Shown here piece after piece: positions 37,360 to 49,300 of a stretch of 64,000 bases of DNA; the first letter of the stretch is position 1, and each line of letters starts with the position of its first letter. The notes under the pieces were generated by a model that ran no database searches, was not told the origin of the DNA, and was given only the letters and a program-made list of their open reading frames with translations. Made by a program: the position numbers and the translations under genes. Origin of the DNA: Thalia democratica (taxonomy: Eukaryota); the NCBI GenBank assembly GCA_965202585.1, contig OZ241834.1, forward strand, positions 32,178,001 through 32,242,000. Reading direction: 5' to 3'.

Positions 37360-40300
37360 CTAATGATTGACGGAGGGTAGTATGGAGTTGACGTTGTTGA
37401 CGTAGAAGTTGGCGCACGTGGTGTGGTAGTCGTTCATGCGGAACTCAACAGAGTCGCTAGAAACCGTCCTGCAGCAAATCTGACAGCATTTCGAACTTTC
37501 CTCTGTCTCCGTGTATTCCTGTGAAAAAACATTGTGGTTACAAAAATCGTTAATTTTTTTTTTCAAAAGTTCAGTGACCTTTAAAAAAAAATTCAAACAA
37601 ACAGAACTTATAAACTTTTTAGCTTTATTAATATTATTGTTTGTTTGTTAAAACTCAGAAACAAATAAGTAAGTTTGTTTGTATTAGTATTTACTTCAAG
37701 ACAACCTTTACTTTAACATGTTAGTTTCTGAATGTATAAATGAATATTTAATTCTACTTATGTAGTATTACCTAAAACTTTGCAAATTAAGTTTTATCAA
37801 AAAACTTATAGGTACTAAGTAGAAAAAAACTAAAACAAACTTTAAAACTTAAATTACTTTTAAATGTGAAGTTTTTAAGATACAACACTTAAGAAAGTTT
37901 TCAAATGTTAATGAAAAAATTAAAGTTAAAACTATAGTTTATTGAGTTTTAATTTGCAATTATGTTTTTATACTAAAACAACTAAAAAAGCCAATACAAC
38001 GTTTTTGTACAAATTAAAACCATTTACCACTATATAATCAAAATTCATTATTCAAAGAGCTTTCTAAAACAACAAATGTAACAATTAACTAATCAAGAGA
38101 CTGTGTGATGTTTTATGTCTCATAAAATATACTAAACTACATAAAATTCACATGAGAGCTTTCAATGTTATTATTTAAAATTTGTACAAAATGAGCAAAA
38201 AATTGCTTTACAAGATTAAGATAGTACTTAACATTTGTGTGTATAAAAGAAATAAACTGAATTTAGAATCAATTTATTACTGTACACAGATTTGTTAAAC
38301 CACAAGAAGTTGTATTTTGACTTGTAATACTTTTTGAAATCTTAAAAATGGTAAATGTACATATTTTAAAACTTAACATTCCAAAAAAACACCAAAAAGT
38401 TGTAAGATGTAACAAAACAATTTTTCACAATTTCATGACTTTGAGTACTCCAAAAAAATATTAAAGCAATATAATAAAAGTTAAAACTTGAGTTGTTTAA
38501 CATAAACGACAGTTCGCTTTGCAGTCGGCCTTTTGATTTAATGAACAGCCCTCAAATATTGTAACTTTCATATAGTTGAGGATTTCCCAAACTGGGCCAC
38601 ATAGCTCCCTTGAGGGCCATGAGCAGTAAAGGGGCCACAGGCGGGCTTTGAGGTCATAATTTGAAATTTACATTAGATATTAAGAAGTTGATGATGAAGC
38701 GCAAAAAAAATGATCTAAGATTTTTTAATGGGAGTTTTGAATCTTATACTAGATATTATGGATGAAAGTTAAGAAATTTAGGGGTAGCAACAAGGTCATA
38801 ATTTTAAACTTACACTAGATATTCTGAAGTTGATAATAAAAAGCAAAAAAAAAAGGTTTTGGGCGGTTTTAATGGTATTTTTTTGAGAAATCTTGTGGGA
38901 GAAGGCCATAGCTTTTTTTATTTCTTTAAAGGGGCCTTTTGAAATAAAGTTTGGGAAACCCTGATATAGATTGATAACAACAAGATATAATTTAGCTTAA
39001 AATTTATGCAGACTATAGTTTAGTTTATTTTATGTAAAAGACAGAAGCGTTTATTTAAATTTTAAATAGGTTTTGAAATGGTTCCTAATAATTACAAGTT
39101 TACGTTGTTATAGATAGCTGTTCAAAACCATTGAAATAATATTCATCTAGTTACATCGTGTTTTGTAAGTTTGAAGTATATTGGTACAATATTTTAATGA
39201 TATTGCAAACTTAGTTTTACTCATATAATAAAGCCACATGACAATGCTAATGTGTGTTTTTAATGAAGGTTTTATAAATAAATTAGAAAGATTTTGTTAA
39301 AAGAATTAAAACAAGTTAGCAGATTATTCAAGTAAATTCTAATTAAGATAAACAATAAATATTTTTTTTAAATATAAAAACTAATATTAAAAAATTCAAA
39401 ATAATCGTTTGTTAATTAATTAGAATATAAAATAAAAAATTGGCACAGATATTTTTGCAGTATTTGTCATTTTTTTACAGGACTCCGTGAAACTGTGTTA
39501 ACTTATTTAAAACAGAGAAACATGAAACAGAGAAACAACAAAGAAAAATTACTCTGTAAATTGTTCTTATTATATATAAAAATTAAATTTAGAATAAAAC
39601 AATATACTAAATATTAAATAGTTAAAGTATTAGTAATTAATGATTTTTTTTAGCAAAAGAGTCCAAACGAAACAAACTTGTTGTAATAAAACAACAATTA
39701 TTTTGAAAACAACTAAATTAATAAAACTGCTGCAATTTATCAAATTTTACTATTTAAAGCAAATTTATCACAGAAAAGTCTACTTTACCATTGATCAAAA
39801 CTTTAGATCTATAATTTTTAACCAACAAATTGACAACACCTTACTAACAATAATGGGTGTGTTAGGGCAAAATGCAAGTATGTTGTTCCAAGCGATATCT
39901 ATTTGTTTCTTGAGTGCGGACAGTTTCTTGTACGTATCGCATTCCGGTTGCAACATCTCACTGAAGCTCCTCTTCAATCTTTCAGATACAACTTGAACCG
40001 CACTGAGATCTGATCAGATATAAAATATTTGATATTTATTTTAAAGTATGCTACAGCTTTAACATAAGTTAATTATAAATTAACACTTACATCTAAGAAA
40101 ACTTCATATTAATTATATAATCCAAAGTAAGAGATGGATTATATTTACAACAAACTTTAAGTACTACAAAAACAATTTTACTTTTATTCACATGTCTCGA
40201 CTAAAACTTGTATTATATTTCTACTAGATGTCTAAAAAAAATTTGAATGAGCTAGTCTCAGTATTTTGCAAACTTTTTTCGGATGAATACAAAACTTAAA

Positions 40301-43300
40301 GTTGGATTACGAAAAGTTAACTTCAAGTAGAAGATAAAGTTTACTTATTAACAACAATAAGTATGAATTCGTGATTACTATTCTGTACTAATCAGTTTAA
40401 AATTATCAAAGCTGAAGTTCAAAAACGACGAGTACTTTTACAATAGGACTGTTGTTACTAGACTTAAACAAACAAAAATCCCACCATTTGTAAATTTCTG
40501 TCCCTTGCACAAAAAACTAAAAATTGAAACTAATCCACAACAACAACAAATAAATTTTGACTTACACATGCAACTTATGTGATAAGAAAAAAATAAAAAA
40601 ATACAAATTAACAAAACCTCACCGTTTATAAACCGTTGTCCTAGTTAAAACACGATAAATATAACTAGGAGATAAAGAACAACTTACTAATAACAATTTT
40701 TATGAGGTTAAAATATATATGTAAACCGTTTATAAATCGTTGTCCCTTGCACGAGTACACGAGCTGCTTGCACACATCCGGGCTGCTCACACCGGTGATC
40801 ACGTGATTGGTCGCACTCGTGATTTCCAGCGCTCTCTCCAGCATTTCCATCCACATCGCCCCGTACGCCCGCTCCTGCGTCTCGTCGTCGTTCGCTTCTT
40901 TTATGACGTCATAGTTGACCGGTTTTTGGGTTGCGGGTTTTTCAACTTTCGGGGTGGGAATGGAAGGTGTAGGTTTTTCAGGCTGGACTTGCTCGGGTTC
41001 GTCCGAGAATATGTCTGAGATAAAAGTTTTGCTTAAAAGCATTTCCAAATAATTTCAGCTAGTTTGAAAAAAGTTATTTCAATAAAATTAGATTATAAAA
41101 TTTAGATTTTTATGATTATGGTCTAGTGTTAATTTCAGTATAGTTGTTTTAAAAACAAACTGTTCTAAATTTTTATTAAAGAGTGTTATAGTTACAAACA
41201 GTTTCAAAAAACTTACAACGATAATTGGTCATTTAGTTATTTAAAACTTTTAAATTTCACTTTAACACCACAAGAAAAGCATAGCAATTAGAATACTACC
41301 TTGTAAAAACAAAACGAACCTTTCTCGTTTTTGCCCTCCAGAGCGCTCAAATCAAAATGCCCCTTCTTCTTGTTATTATTCCCGCCAAAAGTGAAGCTGT
41401 TCATCAGGTTCTTCTCAAATGACGCCGCTTTCTCGTGCGGGTCTTCGAACGGGGAGGCGAACGCGTCGAAACCCTGCAACGCCGACACCCCTCCCGATTG
41501 GTCGAAATCGTCTAACTCGTCTTTTGATTGGTCGACATTTTGAGGTTCTTCAAAGTTGCAGAAGTCGTCGTCTGAATCGCTTTGCGCAACTTTGTTGCTT
41601 TCCGTTGGAACTCCAGGAACATTTGAAGGCGTTTTGGTTTCTGTTTCGGGAAAATTTCCGAAGTCATCGTCACAACCAACACCTCTACTTTCACCAGTTT
41701 CCGTTGGTTTTTCAGAGACGTTTTCGGAAACTTCATCAGAACTAATTTTACATTCTGCGGTCTGTTCGTTTGCTTCCGCGAAATCAGCGAAACCGTCGTC
41801 TTCTTTCAGCTCCAAGCTCTTCACCGAGCCCTTGTCCTGCGCCATGAGCTTGTTGATGATGTCGAGGCCGCTCGCCGCCTTCCGCTGCAAACTCGACTCG
41901 GGGAAGTTCGTGTTTGTTGTATCTGTGGGTTCAACCGTCGCGTTACCGGGTTCAACGAAGTTTGTAGGATTAGAAAAATCGAGTTCTGCGTTGTAAGAGT
42001 TGGTTTCTTCATTGTTGCTTTGATGCGTTTCGTTAGTGTTGTTTTGAAAGTTTTGGCTATCAAAAATACTTTTAGGCTCGGAAAAATCAGAAAACTCATC
42101 GTTTATGCCAGAGTGTGAAGTTTCATTTGTATTTATACTCCTAGCTGGTTCATGAACTTTACTTTGGTCAAAAAAGTCGCCAAAATTATCGTTTTCATTG
42201 TTAGCAGAACTTAATTCAGTAGCAAACACTGTGGGTTGGAACTCATTGGTGTCGAAATTGCTGCTAGGCTCTGCGAAATCCGCAAAATCGTCATCATCAA
42301 CGTTTTCTACAATTTCTTCCGGCTTTTCTTTAACTTCTTTGTCTTGTTCAACGTCATTTGTGAACGCTGAAGCGAACAGACTCATCTGGTTGTCGTCTTT
42401 GAAGGCAGCGTACTTGTCAGCAACCGCGCCAGTTTCAATTTTTGAGACACTTTCCGCTTCGTCAGTCACACTTTGAGTTACTTCAACTTTATTCGGCTCC
42501 TCGATAGTTTCAAAATCTCCAAAGTCTCCGAAATCGTCGTTTTCAATTTCCTTCTTTTCAACAACTTTCGGCTGGTCGATTTTTTTAGTTTTTTGCGGGC
42601 TTGGGGGTACAGTCACTCTGGACCGCGGTTGGTGCATCGACTTGACTGCTGGTTTCGGTACGACGTTGGGTAAGGCGCTAGGCTGAAAATTGTCGCTTTT
42701 TGGCGAGCTAGACTGCGCCGCACTGATATTATCTATAACTTGTTGCGTTTGAGCTTTAGTTTGATGTTTAATAGTTGCTTGAGGAGCCACGGCGGGAGAT
42801 TCAGACTTTTCAGGTTTCCCGATTTCAGCAAAGTCTCCAAAATCGTCGAACCCAGCTTCGTCGAAATCTCCAAAGGAGTCGTCGTGGTTGCTCTCCTCGT
42901 AGGAAGGTGGTTGCATTCCCGCAGGAGGAAAAGTAGGTTGGATTCCCGCAGGAGGTAAAGTAGGTTGGATTTTTGCAGGAGAAAAGGTAGGTTGCGTTCC
43001 CGCAGGAGAAAAATTAGGTTGCGTTTCCGCGGGAGAAAAAGTAGGTTGCGTTACAGCGGGAGGAAAACTAGGTTGCGATCCCGCAGGAGGAAAAGTAGGA
43101 GGTTGTGAACTAGCGGGTTGACAAAAGGTGGAAGAGGATTTTTCAGGAGGCATCTTTTGGAAGGTTGTGGGAAACTGGGAAGGTTGTGAAGCCGTTTGAG
43201 TGGAAGGTTGTGAATTTTTCGGAGCGTTTGAAGGAGCGGTGGCTTGGAGTGAGGAGGTTGGTGTGAAAGTAGGAGGTGAATTTTCAGGTTGAAAGCTTGA

Positions 43301-46300
43301 AGAAGGAAGCTGAGAAACAGGTTGAGGTTGAAAACCTTCAGGTTGGGCAGGTTGCTGTCCGAACGAAAACATTGGCAGTGGTGCGGTTTGAAGGGATGAT
43401 AAATTTTCAGTTGTTGGCGGTTGCCTGTTCTGAATAGTTAGGTAGAACATTATTGTAAGAATGAGTTTCAGTTTAGCTTGAATTCGTTGCAAACAAATTT
43501 TGTTTATAAAAAGTTTATATGTTGGAATGATTTTCAGTTTAGCTTGAATTTGTTTGCCTTTTATTGTAATTAAAAATTATTAAATACAGTTTTTATTTGA
43601 TTAAAAAAAATTATTAAAATAAATATAAAACATCTAAACTAAGTTTAAAGTGTTTATTTTCACTTTAGCAGAAGCTTACCGTTATTATTAAAATTAAAAA
43701 AAGATAATACTCCAAGTTTTAATTAACCAACCTGATACAAAGAAATGAGGCCCAGCAGAGTGAACAGCTCGATCCGGTCCAGTCGGCCGGGAACTTTCTT
43801 GTTGGACGCGTCCCACAGACCGCCCAGCACGTCAACGGGCAGCAAGGACTGCATTAATATGGGGTGGACCAGCGAGGTGTCCACGAAATCGTCCTCGCCG
43901 CGACTCGCTTCGTACACCTGTGAGGATGAAAATTTGGTGAAAAAAAAGAGCGTCTTCAACTTAACAAAATTGCACGAGGGCAAAAAATAGCAGATACTTT
44001 TGCCAAAGACAAATTCGCACGAGGGGACAAAATTTGTCTTCCTTTAAAAATATCTGCGTGAAATTTCGTCCCCTCGTGCAATTTTGTGCGCTAGTGCAAA
44101 TTTGACAGCTACCCAAGAAAGTCTTATACTTCGTACAAAAAATTGACTGATGGGTTGAAAGCAAGTAAACTTTAGAACACTCATTCTGAATTTTTTACGA
44201 AAATGTTGTATAAATATACTTAATTGTCTAAAATAAAAAATATTGCTTAATTCACTGAAATGTAAAGAGTTTATTTAAATAAAGATGTGCAAATTAAACA
44301 TTCTATTTACTGCCAGGTTTCGGTGGCGAAAAACTGCGACCTTTGTATAATAAGATAGTAAATTAATATAAATACGAATAAAAATCAATAAAACATTTTC
44401 TCTACCGGTGAGGATGATTTTTTTAAATAATGTAATGGTTATCAAGTATTAAAAAAGACTTAATTCAGCAAACAATAAAGAACTTCACTAAAAATAATAA
44501 ACAACTTATATTTATACAGAGTAATCTTATTGCAGAATTGCAGAAAAAAATTATAAGAAATTAAGCAGAAAATAAACAAAGTACACACTATCAATTTGAA
44601 TTATTATGAAAAATTTAGAGTAAACAACCAAGAAAATATTTAAATAATTGTTTCGTTTGTTGTTTAAATTCAAGTAACTTGAGAACGTTGAAATAGATAA
44701 AGTAGGCGAAATTTGAGAAGCCATTTGTTTTTAATGAAAGAAAAGCAAAATGTACAATTAATAAATAACTTTTTAAGTGATGCCAGTATATCTAACATTT
44801 ACTATATACAGAAATTACTATTTAGTAATTTAAAAACTTTTTTTTAGCAAAGTAAAACACTGTTAATCTTTTTTATGTTTTCAAAAATGTTTCTCCAACT
44901 ATTTTAATTATTTTGAAAATACTATAAAAAAACTGTTGAAATTTCTTTTTTAAATAAAGTGGGACAAACCTTTCACGGAATTATATATCTTATTCAAAAC
45001 GTACACAAAATAAACTTTTACTTATAATACATAATTAAAATCTAAAAGTACACACAATGTTTGTTAACACCAGTGCGAAGTTGAAACATTTTCCTTAAAA
45101 CTGCACAATCCCACACTATAAGCAACATTAATTTGCATAGATGCCATGCTCAACCACCAAAGTATTTTTTACAAGTTTGCACAACAATTTTCTACCAAGA
45201 GTTTTAATATCAATACTTTCTTAGTGTTATACAGTGTACAAGCAAAAATTACAAAGAAAAGAAAAGTTTTTTTTTTATATATAGTTTGAAGAATTTATTA
45301 AAATTATTTTTACAAGTTTAAACTTCAAAAATTTAGACAACCATAAAAAAGTTCTACATTTGTTCAATTTTTTATAAATATTATAGACAATTTATTTTAA
45401 CACAAATCTTATACCTAAAAAAAATATTAAAATTTAGCAGTGTTAATGTTTACAATTAAAAAAACCTTTAACTTTTTTATTTAAGTAATTTTTAACTTAA
45501 ACGTTAATAAACTAAAAACTTGCAACATCTAAACAATTACAATAAAAAACCAACAAGTATTGAGTAAAATAAGATAAAAATTGAACAGTGTAAGTAAACT
45601 ACATTTAACAAATCAAACCTGGTGGTATACCAACGGTAGAAACTGTATTCTGGTTTCTTGCAGCCAAGCGATTTGATTGGTTGAATTTTCTGCTGAATTA
45701 AATTGTTCTATTTTAACACTTTTTTATCGATAAACGTTGATGTATATTTCTCAAGTTGCAGTAAAATTTAGCTTTCAGTTAGTTAGCAAGCTTTATGTTT
45801 ATCTTTTGTATTATTTTATTTATATTATTCGGCTAGAGTGTCGTTAAATTAGAAAATCTTAAATGTTACATCTTTAAAAAAAAATAGTGATAATTAAGCT
45901 GTTAATGATTTTTTTAATCAAGTAATTTGTACTTTGTTAAGATTAAGGTGTAAAAAAAATAAACTATTTCATACTTAAGACAAAAATTTTTTGATTCATA
46001 TCAATAAATATTCGTGACATATAAAATAAAAATAACTTCTAATACCAAAGTGTGTGTTTTGTTAATGATTTACATTGTTAATGATTTTTTTAATCAAATA
46101 ATTTGTACTTTGTTAAGATTATGGTGTAAAAAAATAAATTATTTCAAATTTGAGACAAAATTTTTTCAAATTCATATCAATAAATATTCGTTACAAATTA
46201 AATAAAATTAATTTTTAATACAAAAATGAGTGTTTTGTTTAACTCTTAGAATAAAAACATTTATTAAATTTATACAAAAAGTTGTATCAGCAAATTTTAA

Positions 46301-49300
46301 ATTCATTAAAAATCATTTTTTGTTCAAACAATGTGTCGATAAGTGTAAAAGTTATTTTCAAGAAAATTTTATTCTACGTATAACAATAAAACAGTACTAC
46401 TTTAAAACCCTTATAATAAAAGTAAACAAAAACTGTTTTTTGCAAAATTTTAATTCAATTTCAATATCAATATATAAAATCTGCACAACAGTTCCTATAT
46501 ATATATACAATAGTTCCTGTATCTAAAAATAATTAAAAAAATGCAACATTCAGTAATTCCATGAAGTAACACTAAATAAAGAACTTTTAAAGAAAATTAA
46601 GAATTATAAAAAAAATTGCGCGAAAATTGTATTTTCTAACTCTAACAAATTAATAATTTTAGCCCTGACATTATATACTAAGGTTCAAAATAAAGTAAAC
46701 ATTTTCTGCTGTTTTATCTATGTGCGCTTTTCTAACATTTTTATTGTTTAATTTAGTTCTGAATAATCTTAAAAGTGATTTATTTCATTGTTTTTTATTT
46801 TTTAATTCAGCACTAAACCGTAAAGCAATAAATCTTAGTTTTATATCACTTTAAAAATAACTGTTAAAAAACTCGTTTTGCATTTGTCACTTTACAACCA
46901 AGCTATTTTAAGAGATGTATTTATTAAATTATTTCAAGATATTTTAAAGCAGACTCAGTTTCGGTCAAAGGCCTCTTAAGTGCTTATTTAGAAAATCTAG
47001 AAAGATATATGATATTCATGAAAAACAAACTGAAAAAAAAAAGAATATATATAAATAATACTTACTTAAAAACAAATCTTTACTTATAAAACAAAACTAA
47101 TTAAATTTTTATCTTACGGTTGAACGTATATTACAGTTTTTTTTTTTTTGGTTAAGTATCAAAATCAAAATGTTAATAAAAAAGTATATAATAGAACAAT
47201 AATAAGAACTTAGATGCATTTAAAGAGATGTTTTTTAAAAATATAAATTTCAACACAGTTTACTCGTCAGCAAGCTTCAATTGACGAAAATATTTCAAAT
47301 CAACTTCTAAAGCTCTTTGAAAGTTACTAATTTGTTTTTAGTATCAGAGGAAAACTTAGAAAAATACAAACATTTATAATATTTTAGCATTCTTATTCTT
47401 TCCGGATTTAAAAAAGTGATCTTTCCGCACTTTCATTTATAATATATTAAGATAGATGTTTGAGTCACAATAAAAAAATTAAAAAGTAAAAAAAGCGAAA
47501 GCTTTTGACACATAATTTTTTTAAAGATTATAAGTTTTACATCATTGTATTTAAGCTTATAATTAATATTTGTACATATTAATAAGGCGGAAGTCTGGTT
47601 AATGCATAAAATGCTTAAATAATTCAAAAATTCCAGATAAAACTTTCAATTGAAATTTAACAATTAAGAACAAAATAAATCAAAGACTTAAGTTATTTTT
47701 TGTTTTTGCTTTGGAAATTAGTTGAAACACACTGGTTTAGTTCTAATTTTATTTTTAGATAAAATTTTATCAATAAACAACTTGAATGGCTTCATTTAAT
47801 ACAATTAATTCTATAACTGTTGTTTGCTCAAAAGCTACAAACGTCATAGTCTTTGAAAATTCCTATAATTACAATTACTTAAATAACTACAAATATCAAA
47901 AATACTCACCAACATTTACCTTATTAGAAAACTGACTGGCAGGATTTGAAGCTTGAAATGTTGGCTGATTGAAATTTGCTGGTTTATTCTGAAATATAAC
48001 AAAAATTATAGGTAAAAAGTTTCTTTTATAACATTATACAGAGCTTATCTAATACGTATCCAGTTAAAAAAGGTGTACAATTTTCTAAACAGATTTTTAA
48101 AATTAAAAAAAAAAAAAACGTACAAAGCAAACTTACGTTTTTGTACTGGTAGCTTTGGTAAGTTTTATTTGAAGTTTTTTGGCTCGCAAAATTGTTCATC
48201 ATGCTGTCTATTGAGGTGGTTTTGCTAGTGGCACCTGCAATTTAAAATTTTTGAGTGCAGAGAACTTAATACTGATCAAAGTTTAATTAACATAGTTTTG
48301 CGTTACTTTGAATATTAATTTACACGATGAGTATGATAATATATTGTAACTTATTCAAAATAGCTACATTTTCAGGTCATGTGACTTAAAAACGAAATTT
48401 ATGTTATTACATATCATAAAAGCTTATCTCCAAATTATGTTGGCATTTACTTTAAATAAACATTGATGTAGTTTTACGAAAGTTTTTAGCCCGACAAGTG
48501 TTATTATGATAGAAACTACTAAAGTAGTTTTTATTACAAACATAAAACTATTACAAACAGTTTTAAGAGTTATTGTTTTTAAACTCAGGTAAAATTCTGA
48601 AAACTAATTACTCAATTGTAATTTCGTGAATAATAGATTTTATAGTTTTTCATAAACTAAAGCAATAAAATGGTTGCTATAAACTTTACTGGGCAGATTA
48701 ATGAGGATTGTAAAAACTAGAAACATATATAAAAAAACTATACATATAATTCATGTAAAATTAAAAACTTGTTTTTATCAAGTTCTAGCAAAAATTAAAC
48801 TGAATGATTGCATCATTTGATCTTTCTTAAAAATTTTACGCTGGTATGTATTTCAGGTGGTATTTAAACATAATATATAAATTGAAATAAACTTTAACAA
48901 CTAAATTTAAATTTTATTGGTGTGCCATATTGTGATTTAAAACTATTGAAATAAAAAAATTCAATACTAAAAATATGTTGATTATATCTCATTTCACTTC
49001 CTGCTTTTACTTTTTTTATCAACTATGTCAAAAATTTATAAGCATGAAGTAATGAAGAAATTATCAAATTAATTTTAAACATTAGTAATTTAATCTATAG
49101 CTTCACACTACGTTACAGTTTGTGTCAGTTAAACTTGACCATTACTTGAACAAAACAAATCTAATAAAAATATTCTTTAAAGATCATGCAGTCAAAATAA
49201 AAAAATAAAATGAGTGAGTTTTAATATTTCTGTTCTTAATACCTAACTTTATTATACTGAAAAATGTTTTCATCACTGCTTAATGAACTAAAGTTTATGT

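Noticed and set aside
41331-42958. Plus-strand and alternate-frame ORFs over the large SYNRG exon (also 27473-27730, 30256-31248, 39640-39996, 43745-43990, 56375-56578, 57028-57377, 58310-58546)
   Set aside because: Antisense or frame shadows of the real coding exons.
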